The notes under the pieces are model-generated. The model was not told where the DNA came from and ran no database searches. It worked only from the letters and a program-made list of their open reading frames with translations. Of a DNA stretch of 64,000 bases, positions 54,837-64,000 are shown piece after piece. Numbering within the stretch: position 1 is the stretch's first letter; the number at the start of each line of letters is the position of its first letter. The DNA is taken from positions 608,001 to 672,000 of the forward strand of contig CAXXVO010000008.1 in NCBI GenBank assembly GCA_963422645.2, given 5' to 3'. The stretch comes from Alphaproteobacteria bacterium. Lineage in GTDB: Bacteria > Pseudomonadota > Alphaproteobacteria > UBA828. The translations under genes were made by a program, and so were the position numbers.

Positions 54837-56194
54837 AGCGTCGTGTGCTCGTCCAACACTTCGGCGGCGGTCCGTGCTACGGTCATGCTCAGGACTCCGG
54901 TCGATGGGCTCCCCACTTGGCCAAGATTAGAGCCACCAACGCCACAGAGCGATCATGAACGCGGATCCGTCCGCAGAGCGGAGCAGTGACCGGAGTCCAC
55001 CTCTCTCACCGACGACTCCACATGCCTCGTCGGTCTGAGGCAAAGCCTCGCTAGATATTGACCTACGTACCGCAACGGTTTCATCCGGCGGACTCAGAAA
55101 ATCACAGCGCAGCCCGGGCCTTATCCGGGCCTTCCAGCAGTAGGAAGGTACACAACATCGTGTGCTCCCGGAGCCAAGGGGATAAGCCTTCCCGGAAAAT
55201 CGACCCGACGACGGCGATCATGCGGCGAAACAGACTGCCCGCGCCGTGAGCCCAGCACATGCGGCCCACGCTCAGGGGTTTTGCAAGTGCCTCTAGATTT
55301 AGGAGACTGCCATCAGTTCTCCTAAGTGCTCCTTAGAGCGTCGTCGTTGTCCCGCGCGGTTAGCCAAAGTCAATATGTCGTCTTTCCGGTGGGTGTGCAA
55401 CCATCGGACGCATTGGTAGTCGGGGGGCAACGCGGAGCGCACAGCGTGCAAGCACGGCAGGGTCTCAATGAGCAAGGCGACTAGCCGGGCGATTGTCGTC
55501 TCAGAACGAGCTGAGTCTCGCAGGTCATCTCCGGCGGCGCTTCCGCCGCCGGATAGGCATGGGTCCTGCTCGGCGTCTCATTCCCTTGTCGGAGAACCCC
55601 TCACGTTGCTTACGCTCACCTGATCTGTGCCGCGAGCCGTCTGCCCCTTCTGAACGCCACCACGACGCCCCTGGGGTGGGTCTTTACACAAGACGATCCT
55701 CCAGCCATCGCGCGGTCTCTCAAAATGGGCGTCGGTAGCGCCACCGCCGATGGATCGGCATTGTCGCCTCGAGTTTGATACCCTCCTCGTTGCACCGCTG
55801 CGGGACCGTTGACCTTTCCCTTCGCCTCCCACTGTACTGGCGAGTCGATTCTGAAGATCCAGTGACCCGCCACCGGATCGACGACGATGGCGCATCCCTT
55901 GGCTCCAGCCCGCTTCCGGCCACCCTTACCGCTGCGCCGCAACGGCCACGCGGCGATGCTGCAATCTGTTGTGTCGAGCATCTCGCATTTGCGTTCTGCT
56001 CTCTGCATATCTGTGCCAGCTGGGGCTCGCCGGCTCGTTGCTGGAAGAAACGCGCCGGTCGACGAGCCGACGACGCGCCCTTCGTCCGTGGTGTCGTCCG
56101 ATGAAAGGGGTTGACCCCTCCCAACCAAACCAGCGGCTCAGTGTGCCCGGCGGCGCCAATCCGGGGCGACGAGCCACAACCAACCCAAGTCGTG

Positions 56195-57553
56195 TCAGCA
56201 TTCCTGGCGTCGCCCGAGCCACGCCCCCTCCATCTCGGCGCGGATCCGTTCCGTCACCTTGCGGCCCTCGTCGGTCAGCCCTGACTCGAACCGCTTCCCG
56301 TCCATGAGGATGACGGGTCCCACCTCCTCCATCCGCTCGTGCGTGACCTCCTTGCCGGCGAGGTAGTCTGGCCGCTCGAAGCCCATCACCTCGACCACCC
56401 AGGTTCGCACCTCGCCATTCCGCCGCGCCTTGATCAGGAAGTCCGGCAAGCTTGGCCCGTGCTTGGTGCCTATTTCGAACACCGGCTTCTCCATCGTGAA
56501 CTCGGTATCCGGGAATTCCTTGCTCAGTATCCACAGCGTCGTCTCGAGCGTCGAGAAGGCCTGGCGCTCGAAGTCCGAATCCACCGGCACGGGGCGGTGG
56601 ACCGACACGATGGGCTGCGCCCAGCCCCGCACGCACTCGTATCCGCGCTGCCTGGTGGTCAGCGCCACAACGCCGAAGAACAGGTAGGGGCCCGACACGG
56701 GGCGCCCACCGATCGTCGGCCGCTTGATCCGCGAGACCACTTCGAGCTCGCCGTACTTGCTGGTTGCGGGCAGCGATCTCTCTCCCACGTGGCGTACCGG
56801 AAAGCACACGAACCCTTGCGGCACATGGCCCTTCGGGAAGTTCTGCGCGGCTTCCCGGACCTGCGCATGCACGCGCCGCCGGTCCCAGCCGGTGCGCCAC
56901 GGGAACAGGAGTTCGTCCAACGGGTGTCCGGGCGCGACCTCCATTGTCTTCGCCGCGGCGCGCATGGCATCCGTCCACCCACCGATGCCCGGTGCAGGCT
57001 CATTCGCCCGCACCCGCGTGAGGCCGGCCGTCTCCAGCAACCGGCACAGGAGACCCGGCAATGCGGGCATCCGCCGCCGACCCGGTTCCCTGTCCCCGTC
57101 CTCCCCCGGCGCCTGGAGCGGATCGGTCAGCGCCGTGCCGTCCTCGCCGGCGAGCAACTCCGCCGAATTGCCGCGCTTGCGGGCGAGCAGCGCCGCAAAA
57201 TACCCCTCCGGCCGTATCCGCGCCGCCCGGCGCCAATCCTTCTCGGCGCGTTCCTCGCGGCTCTCCCGGTAGAAGACGCAGTTCGCGAGGTGCCGCGGAC
57301 GGTTCTTGCCCTGCAGGACTCGCCACGAGTACCCGGCGCCCTCCGGCATGCGGCACGGTGCAACGAGGGGATCGTCGTCGATGTCGATCCGGCAGTCGCA
57401 CCGGAGCCACAGATCGTTCTCACTCCCCTCTCTGAGAACGGCCAATGCCAACTCCGCCGCGCCGTCACGCAGCGGATCCTTCACCGCGTCGGCCTCTTTT
57501 TCCGTGAGCTCCCGCACGACGCGCAGCTTGGACTTGGTCACCAGACAGAGCAT
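56195..57553 (-). CDS. DUF1173-like protein: Zn-finger plus C-terminal PD-(D/E)xK nuclease
   Basis: CDC...HLANC; VPVDSDFE...KP...PDFLI...VEVMG...DY..K. Confidence 0.65.
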   Translation of the reverse strand: MLCLVTKSKLRVVRELTEKEADAVKDPLRDGAAELALAVLREGSENDLWLRCDCRIDIDDDPLVAPCRMPEGAGYSWRVLQGKNRPRHLANCVFYRESREERAEKDWRRAARIRPEGYFAALLARKRGNSAELLAGEDGTALTDPLQAPGEDGDREPGRRRMPALPGLLCRLLETAGLTRVRANEPAPGIGGWTDAMRAAAKTMEVAPGHPLDELLFPWRTGWDRRRVHAQVREAAQNFPKGHVPQGFVCFPVRHVGERSLPATSKYGELEVVSRIKRPTIGGRPVSGPYLFFGVVALTTRQRGYECVRGWAQPIVSVHRPVPVDSDFERQAFSTLETTLWILSKEFPDTEFTMEKPVFEIGTKHGPSLPDFLIKARRNGEVRTWVVEVMGFERPDYLAGKEVTHERMEEVGPVILMDGKRFESGLTDEGRKVTERIRAEMEGAWLGRRQEC

Positions 57554-57703
57554 GTCGCGCTCTTCCGCGTCTCAATCGTGAGGGGCAATGTCAGCCGCGC
57601 ACAGGATGATGCAACTGCTTCCCTTACCCCGTCACCGGGTGTTGCCTTCGCACGGGGCGGCGCCTCTACCTGTCCGCCGCCATCCGTGATTCCGGCATCG
57701 GTC

Positions 57704-58002
57704 TCAGAACGGATCCCGGCCCGGCTCCGCCATCGCCGTCTGCGCCGCCGTCCTCGCCTTCCGGCCCGGCAGCTCTCCCTTGTCGAGGAACGTCTTCAGG
57801 CTCCGTTCGCCGATCTCGATGCCCCGCGCCTTCAGCACCTCGTGCATCTGCGCCACCGTGACGCCCTTGGCCCTTTGCTCGAGCATCCGCTCGCGCAAGC
57901 GATCCAGCACGTCCTTGAGCGCATCGGTGGCGCCAGCTTGGACAGATCGGCATCGATGGCCTCGAAATCGATGTCGGATTCGTTGAAGCGCCTCGCGACC
58001 AT
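57704..58002 (-). pseudogene. Small helical protein divergent from the relaxase (relaxosome accessory candidate), frameshift near 57925
   Basis: MVARRFNESDIDFEAIDADLSKLAPP joins in another frame to LKDVLDRLRERMLEQRAKGVTVAQMHEVLKARGIEI. Confidence 0.55.
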
Positions 58003-58207
58003 GATGCGAATCCCCACGTCCTGTAGCTCCATTGGCAGCCAGTGCATGATCGATTGGCCCACCTGCCATGTCAATGCGGAAATCCATACATGTTGGGTTT
58101 CCCGGAAGATGTGCCACAAGACCTTGTGCCCGGCACATCGGCCGTGATATACGCGAACCATGCCTCCAACAAGCGATTTGAGAAGGAAGCAGGTCTCTCA
58201 CACCTCT

Positions 58208-58229
58208 GCACTAAAGTGCGCGGTGTCGG
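58208..58229 (+). other. Candidate MOBF oriT nick region
   Basis: Hairpin GCACT-AA-AGTGC followed by GCGGTGT, resembling the hairpin-TGCG..TGT layout of R388/F nic sites. Confidence 0.5.
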
Positions 58230-58249
58230 CATGTATCGCCCGTTGTATA

Positions 58250-60408
58250 CCCAAGTTGGCACTTTTTCCGTTTGTTCGGGGCCGAATTGGCCAGGTTTTT
58301 CCGGCTGACACACCAGATATAGCGTTGACGAGAAGGGCACGCCCCTACATTTGCGATTGCCGTCTCGAACTCCCTTTGTAGTGCCAGGGAATGGTGGGTT
58401 TGCAGGATTTCCCTTGACCCCACCACCAAAGCCGACATATCTGAACCCGCCACGACCAAAACGTGCCGGGCGACATGTTCATCAGGGCAACCAAGACCCA
58501 CACTACCGAAGGCAAGCCGGTCCGCAGCCATCGCCTCGTGCTCTCGCAGCGCATCGGCGACAAGGTCAGGCAGCGCACGCTTCTCAACCTCGGCACCGAC
58601 TATCCGGTGCCGAAGGAGAAATGGCGCGAAGTTGCCGGACTCGCCGAGGCGCTGCTCAACGGCCGCCCGCCGCTGCTCGAAGCCGCGCCGGACGTGCAGG
58701 CCGCAGCCGAGGACATCGTCGCCAAGCTCAGGGCCAGGGGGTTCCGCCCCGAGGCGATACAGGAAGAGGCGCGCAAGCCCGACATCGCCACCGTCGACCT
58801 CGATACCCTGGAGCACGAGAACCCGCGCACGGTCGGCTGCGAGCGCCTGTGCCTCAAGGCCCTCGACGACCTCGGCTTCGCCGACATCCTCCACGGCCTC
58901 GATATCAAGGGCCGCGACGGGCGCATCGCCAGCGCGCTGATCGTCGCCAGGATGGTCCATCCCGCCAGCGAGCGTGACACCAGCCGCTGGCTGCGCCGCG
59001 ACAGCGCGACCGCCGAGCTCCTGGGGCTGGAGGGCGACCGCAAGGCGCTGCGGCGCAAGACGCTCTACCGCATCGGCGACCTGCTCTGGCGCCACCGGGC
59101 CGCCATTCAGCGGGAGCTGTTCAACCGCGAGCGCGCGCTGCTCGACCTGCCCGAAACGATCGCCTTTTACGATCTCACCAATGTCCACTACCACGGCCAC
59201 ACCCACGGCCAGCTTCCCAGGTTCGGGCGCTCCAAGCAGAAGCGCGACGACTGTCCGCTGATCACGCTGGCGCTGGCGCTCGACGGCGCAGGCTTCCCGC
59301 GCAGTTGCGAGATCCTGCCGGGCAACGTGAGCGAGCCGGGCACGCTGGAGGACGCGCTGGTCAGGCTCGAGGCGGTGTGCGGCGGCACGGCGCCGAAGCC
59401 CACGGTGGTCATGGACGCGGGCATCGCCACCGAGGAGAACGTCGCGTGGCTGGGCGAGCAGGGCTACGACTGGATCGCGGTCAGCCGCGGCGCCAGGCCG
59501 CCGCTGCCCGAGGGCGGGCCCGAGGCTCTGCTGATCACCAGCGCGCGGCACGAGGTGCGCGCCTGGCGGCTTGCCAGCGAGGACGGCGAGGCGCGGCTCT
59601 ACGTCGTCAGCGAGGGCAAGAAGAAGGCCGAGAACGCGATCATCGGCCTCAGGCGGAACCGCTTCGAGGCGGCGCTGGAAAGGCTCCATAGCGGCCTGCC
59701 GGTCAAGGGCCGCCTCAAGCGCTACGACAGGGTGCTGGAGAGCATTGGCCGTCTCAAGCAGCGCTTCTCCACCGTCGCCAGACACTACGAGGTCACGGTC
59801 GAGAAGGCGAAAACCGGCCCCAACGCCGCCGCCGTGCGCTTCAAGCGCAGGCCGCAATACGACGAGGCCGACGAGGGCGCCGGCGCCTATGTGCTGCGCA
59901 CCAGCCACGTCGACTGGGATATCGAGACGATCCTGCGGACCTACTGGCGCATCACCGACATCGAGGCCACCTTCCGCAGCCTGAAATCCGAGCTCGGCCT
60001 TCGCCCGATCTGGCACCAGCTCGACCGTCGCATCGCGGCCCACCTGCTGATCGCCGTGCTGGCCTATCACGCCGTGCATCTGATCCGTACCCGACTGGCC
60101 GCGCGGGGCATCCACAAGTGCTGGGCATCGATCCGCGAGGGCATGCGGACCTGGGTGCGGATCACCACGCGACTGCGCCAGACCGACGGCACCTTGATCG
60201 TCAACCGCCAGGACACGCGCCCGGCCGCCGAGGTCGCCCAAATCTCCTCGGCGGCGGGTGTTGACCCCGCCATCCACCGCACGAGGACCCGCCTGACGAG
60301 CTGACAGAATCTCACAAAATGTAGTGCCATGTTGGAATCGGCAGAGAAAAATATTGCGCCATATCAAAGCGATAAACGACAGCAGAACACAAAAAGTGCC
60401 AACCTGGG
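58250..60408 (+). mobile_element. IS1634-family element
   Basis: IR CCCAAGTTGGCACTTTT / AAAAGTGCCAACCTGGG; TATA on both flanks. Confidence 0.9.
58475..60304 (+). CDS. IS1634 transposase
   Basis: FYDLT, GRSKQKRDD, VMDAG, IEATFRSLKSELGLRPIWH. Confidence 0.93.
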   Translation: MFIRATKTHTTEGKPVRSHRLVLSQRIGDKVRQRTLLNLGTDYPVPKEKWREVAGLAEALLNGRPPLLEAAPDVQAAAEDIVAKLRARGFRPEAIQEEARKPDIATVDLDTLEHENPRTVGCERLCLKALDDLGFADILHGLDIKGRDGRIASALIVARMVHPASERDTSRWLRRDSATAELLGLEGDRKALRRKTLYRIGDLLWRHRAAIQRELFNRERALLDLPETIAFYDLTNVHYHGHTHGQLPRFGRSKQKRDDCPLITLALALDGAGFPRSCEILPGNVSEPGTLEDALVRLEAVCGGTAPKPTVVMDAGIATEENVAWLGEQGYDWIAVSRGARPPLPEGGPEALLITSARHEVRAWRLASEDGEARLYVVSEGKKKAENAIIGLRRNRFEAALERLHSGLPVKGRLKRYDRVLESIGRLKQRFSTVARHYEVTVEKAKTGPNAAAVRFKRRPQYDEADEGAGAYVLRTSHVDWDIETILRTYWRITDIEATFRSLKSELGLRPIWHQLDRRIAAHLLIAVLAYHAVHLIRTRLAARGIHKCWASIREGMRTWVRITTRLRQTDGTLIVNRQDTRPAAEVAQISSAAGVDPAIHRTRTRLTS

Positions 60409-60570
60409 TATAGACAGATCTATGACGGCCTGCCCCGTCGATTCTGGTAACGTTTTGACGCTAATGGGGAATTCTGGTCCGGTAGTCATCGACGCCGTGC
60501 CGGTCCCTGGCCGGAAGCCGGCGCCGGGCGGGGACGCGGCCATCGCGCCGGCTTCTCTGCGAGGCTCGCC

Positions 60571-63500
60571 GTGGTAGCGACTCTCGCCCAGGCGGCGTCT
60601 GCCGCCTACTACCTGGAGAGCCAGCGCTCGTTCCGGCATCCCAACGAGTACTACACGGCCGGCGAGGAGCCCGACGGGGTGTGGTTCAACCCGAAGGGCC
60701 TCTTCGGCCTGGAGGACGGCGGCAAGGTGGATTCCGGCCACTTCCACCGCCTCTACCACGGCTTCGCGCCGGACGGCTCGGGCAGGTTGACCCGGAACGC
60801 CGGCAGCGAGAAGCGCTCGCCCGGCCTCGACATGACCTTCTCGGCCGACAAGAGCGTGTCCGCTTTCTGGGCGATCGCCGATCCCGAGCTGCGCGGCCAG
60901 ATCGAGCAGGCTCACAACGATGCAGCAAGGGTCGCGCTGGAGGAGACGGTGTTCCGCCATTGCGGCTTCACCCGCATCCGCGATCGCAAGGGGAAGATCC
61001 ACGTTCTCCCCGCCGACCTCATGGCGGCGATGTTCCAGCACGGCACTAGCCGGGAGAACGACCCGCAGCTCCACACCCACTGCGTGATCTTCAACGCGGC
61101 CAGGGCGCAGGACGACGGCAAGTGGCGGGCGATGCACCAGCACCCGGTCTACGGCTGGGCCAAGGCGGCGGGCGCGGTCTACCGCAACGCGCTCGCCTGG
61201 AACCTGCATCAGAGCCTCGGTATCCCCATGGAGCGATACGGCCGGGACGGGGAGTTCACCCGCGTCAAGGGCGTGCCGGAGGACCTCGCCGCGCATTGGT
61301 CGAAACGGCGTGCCGCGATCGTCGATGCCGCCAACGACATGGGGTTCAAGGTCGAGGGCAACGCGGCGCGGGCGGCGGCGGCGAACAAGATCACGCGGGC
61401 GGGGAAGTCTCCCGACAACGATCCCGAGATCAGGCACCGGCGCTGGCGGGGCGAGGCCGAGGGGTTCTGCGAGCGCGAGGCGCTGATCGCCTCTCTCATG
61501 GGCGATGCCGAGGACATCACCCAGGAGCAGCTGCGTGAGCTGACGGAAGCGCTCGAAGCCCTGCCGGAGCGGCTCACCCGCGAAGAGGCAGTGTTCCGGC
61601 TTCCGGACATCGTAGAGCGTGTGGGCAACGCGACGGCGGGGCTGATGGGCCGGGAGGCGGTGGCCACCGCCATCGAGCGCGTGCTGCGCCATCCAGAGGT
61701 GGTGCGGCTGACGCGCATCCCCCGCTCGGCCGAGGGCCGGGCGGACATGGCGCATACCAGGCTCTACACCACGGGGCGCACGCTCGAGATGGAGCAGGCG
61801 CTGCGCGAGATGGCCGCCAGCATGGCGGCGGAGACGGGCCATGCGCTCCCCGCGCAGGCGGTCGAGGATAAGATCGCATCGCTCAAGGAGCAGGGTTATG
61901 CGCTGAGCGATGAGCAGACGGCGGCGATCCGTACCGTTGCCGGACGGCAGGGACGCGTCGCCATCGTTGAGGGCGCGGCGGGCTCGGGCAAGACCACCAC
62001 CCTGCGACCCATTGCCGACCTCTGCCGCGAGCACGGGGGCACGGTGATCGCCACCGCCGTGGCGTGGCGCACGGCGGTGGCCTTGGGCAACGACCTCGAT
62101 GCGCGGCCCTTCTGCGTCGACAAGCTGCTGAAGCTGGCGGCGAAGAACAGCGCCGAGATCGACGGCGGCACCACCATCGTGGTGGACGAAGCGGGAATGC
62201 TGTCGACGCGGCACGCCCATCACGTGCTACGTCTCGCAGAGCGTCACGGGGCGAAGGTGGTGTTCGCGGGCGACACCCGGCAGCAGCAGCCAGTGGAGGC
62301 GGGGCCGGGCTTGCGGCTGATCCGGGACGCGGTGGGCAGCGTCCGCGTCGACCGCATCCGGCGCCAGAAACCGGACCTGGAAGACATCCTAGTCCAAGTC
62401 CATGGCGAAACGCCGTCGGCTGCGCGCTTTCGCGGCGGTCTGATGGCGGACGAGGAACGTGCGCGCATTCTCGCCGATTACGAAGCGATGGAGGAGAAGC
62501 CGGCATTCACCCCCTGGCAGGTCAAGGTGTCGGAGGCGCTCAGGGACGGGGACGCGGAATCGGCGATCTTGGCCTGGCACGAGCGGGGGCGTTTCCACCT
62601 CGGATACGACGAGGAACGGACGCTGACCGCACTGGTGGATGAGTGGGACCGCTACGCCAAGCAGTACCCCGACAAGGCCGCCGCGGTGCTGGCGCGCACC
62701 CGCGCCGAGGTTCGGGTGCTGTCGCACTTGATGCGCGAGAAGAGACTCGCCCGGCAGAACGTGGAAGACGTCAAGCGCGTCACGGTAACCGTGAGCCGGG
62801 GCACCGAGGACGAGCGGAAGGCGTCTCCGCTGGAGATTGCCGTCGGCGACCGGCTTCGCATCGGCGCCACCCACTGGGAGAAGCGGCTCTTCAACGGCAC
62901 CGTGGTGACGGTGGAGGATTTGCGGGTCAAACGGCATGGGGCCGGGACGGAGGCGGAGGGTCGGGGACCGGATGGCCCGGAACCGGGAAAGCCGGAGCGC
63001 GAACCCCCGGTGCTCATTTCGGCGCGGACCGACGACGGGCGAGAGGTACAATTCCGGCACGACGAGATCCGCGACTGGTACGGCAACGTCCGCCTCGACC
63101 ACGGCTATGCGCTGACCATCGCCGCCGCCCAGGGGCTGACCGTGGACCGCACCTTCCTGCTGGCCGACGACCGGCCGGCGCGGGAAACCATCTACCCGGC
63201 GGGGACGCGCCACCGCGAGGAGATCGACGTCTATGTCAATCGCGCCCCGCTGGCTCTCGACGTGGCCGACCGGCGGGTGGACAGCGACCGGGAGGTGCCG
63301 GTGACGGACGGCGAGATCAGGGCGCATCTGGCGGAGCGCTGGTCGCGGTCGGCGCCCAAGAAGGCGGCGCTCGACTACATGGCGGACGACGCGAGGGAGG
63401 AGTTCGCCGAGGGTGCGCGGGAGCGTGGGAACGCTGCCGGTGTGGGGCGGCAGAGGGGCGCCGGCGACACCCATATGGAAGAGTCGAGGTCGGCCGCCAA

Positions 63501-64000
63501 CGACAACGCGCTCTCGCGCATCGCCCGCGATGTGCAGCGCACCGCCTTCGCCTGGCGTCACGGCGCGGCCGTCGACGCCTTCGCCGCCGGCAGGCAGGAG
63601 GTCGTGGCGGCGTGGGACGAGCTGCGCGAGATGACGCGCGCGGGCGGCGATGCGGTGGCGCTCTGCGATACCTACCGCGAAAACCTGGACCGCCACGCGG
63701 CGCTGCTGAGACAGGCCGAGCCCTTCCGCGCCCGCCCGGACGCCTTCGCTTCGCTGCTGGCGGCGCGCACCCGCATCGGCCGCGACGACCTCGAAGAATT
63801 CGAGGCGCTGCACGAGCGCGCCCGCCGCCACCGCCGCGCCGCGACCATGCGGCAGATCCATCGCGCCAGGCGGGAGACCGAACGCCAGGTGTCCCCGGCG
63901 GAGACACAAGAGGACGTGCGGCCAGCGCACGAGGGGGCCGTCGAGGCGGCGTCCGTCGTTCCACCCGACTATCTGGATTCCGTCCCGCCTCCGACCGACG
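60571..64000 (+). CDS. MobF (TrwC-like) relaxase-helicase, runs off window end
   Basis: GTG 60571: YYLE...EYY; DMTFSADKSVS; HGTSRENDPQLHTH; Walker A GAAGSGKT; DEAG; DHGYALT. Confidence 0.92.
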   Translation, partial: MVATLAQAASAAYYLESQRSFRHPNEYYTAGEEPDGVWFNPKGLFGLEDGGKVDSGHFHRLYHGFAPDGSGRLTRNAGSEKRSPGLDMTFSADKSVSAFWAIADPELRGQIEQAHNDAARVALEETVFRHCGFTRIRDRKGKIHVLPADLMAAMFQHGTSRENDPQLHTHCVIFNAARAQDDGKWRAMHQHPVYGWAKAAGAVYRNALAWNLHQSLGIPMERYGRDGEFTRVKGVPEDLAAHWSKRRAAIVDAANDMGFKVEGNAARAAAANKITRAGKSPDNDPEIRHRRWRGEAEGFCEREALIASLMGDAEDITQEQLRELTEALEALPERLTREEAVFRLPDIVERVGNATAGLMGREAVATAIERVLRHPEVVRLTRIPRSAEGRADMAHTRLYTTGRTLEMEQALREMAASMAAETGHALPAQAVEDKIASLKEQGYALSDEQTAAIRTVAGRQGRVAIVEGAAGSGKTTTLRPIADLCREHGGTVIATAVAWRTAVALGNDLDARPFCVDKLLKLAAKNSAEIDGGTTIVVDEAGMLSTRHAHHVLRLAERHGAKVVFAGDTRQQQPVEAGPGLRLIRDAVGSVRVDRIRRQKPDLEDILVQVHGETPSAARFRGGLMADEERARILADYEAMEEKPAFTPWQVKVSEALRDGDAESAILAWHERGRFHLGYDEERTLTALVDEWDRYAKQYPDKAAAVLARTRAEVRVLSHLMREKRLARQNVEDVKRVTVTVSRGTEDERKASPLEIAVGDRLRIGATHWEKRLFNGTVVTVEDLRVKRHGAGTEAEGRGPDGPEPGKPEREPPVLISARTDDGREVQFRHDEIRDWYGNVRLDHGYALTIAAAQGLTVDRTFLLADDRPARETIYPAGTRHREEIDVYVNRAPLALDVADRRVDSDREVPVTDGEIRAHLAERWSRSAPKKAALDYMADDAREEFAEGARERGNAAGVGRQRGAGDTHMEESRSAANDNALSRIARDVQRTAFAWRHGAAVDAFAAGRQEVVAAWDELREMTRAGGDAVALCDTYRENLDRHAALLRQAEPFRARPDAFASLLAARTRIGRDDLEEFEALHERARRHRRAATMRQIHRARRETERQVSPAETQEDVRPAHEGAVEAASVVPPDYLDSVPPPTD

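Larger units (their letters stand above)
51572..54886 (-). pseudogene. ~530-aa Rep_trans-like/wHTH protein, split by IS1380 and with a frameshift near 52780
   Basis: Reconstructed MTVARTAAEVLDEHTTLELECIDRLYLN...SRIKQYYKGGRALRTETVIN...SYDLRRLRLRGLIER...YRVT. Confidence 0.75.
51528..55054 (-). mobile_element. TIR-less CTAG-bounded element (~1.8 kb net) encoding a Rep_trans-like protein
   Basis: CTAG at 51528-51531 and 55051-55054; short hairpins adjacent to both; removal leaves a compact MITE. Confidence 0.7.
51500..55190. mobile_element. IS1595-type MITE (168 bp net), split by the CTAG element
   Basis: Ends GAGGCTTATCCCTTTGCTTCCGG and reverse complement AAGGCTTATCCCCTTGGCTCCGG; 8-bp TSD CCCGGAAA (51492-51499, 55191-55198). 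Confidence 0.8.
50115..55293 (+). mobile_element. IS1182/IS5-like element (~1.48 kb net) carrying nested insertions in its 3' tail
   Basis: IR GAGCCGCTTGCAAAA / TTTTGCAAGTGCCTC; TAGA on both flanks. Confidence 0.85.

Noticed and set aside
55300-56190. Coding regions among several 80-170 aa ORFs
   Set aside because: No recognisable motifs or codon pattern; only isolated hairpins (55299-55326, 56107-56120)
58211-63930. Long minus-strand ORFs (718, 619 and 513 aa)
   Set aside because: Antisense shadows of the IS1634 transposase and MobF relaxase, typical of high-GC DNA

Overview
GC-rich bacterial DNA, probably alphaproteobacterial (aapJQ-type transporter, Rhizobiales-type REP, tRNA-fMet fragment), in a heavily rearranged accessory region. 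The first 31 kb hold six same-orientation copies of one ~2.5-kb DDE insertion sequence (IR CAGACTTCCTGACCTC, ANNNT targets). Between them lie a BsuBI/PstI-type R-M operon, a RusA plus AHJR/HEPN-like pair, an amide ABC transporter with an amidase, a ~800-bp Mu-like mini-element carrying a MuF fragment, and IS66/IS5/IS1595 remnants. The middle has metabolic genes and pseudogenes (GT25, hydantoinase B, sat, GntR, fatty-acid hydroxylase, PanB-like, ICL/PEPM), then a tyrosine integrase ending on a tRNA-fMet 3' fragment (att site). The right part has an AEP-primase/SF2-helicase gene, IS66, a four-level nested insertion, a DUF1173-like nuclease, a candidate oriT, IS1634 and a MobF relaxase-helicase. 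The most unusual object is a ~1.8-kb element without terminal inverted repeats. It is bounded by CTAG on both sides, has hairpins next to each end, and encodes a ~530-aa Rep_trans-like/wHTH protein, making it a candidate rolling-circle or ssDNA transposon. All family assignments are by motif recognition only; no database searches were run.
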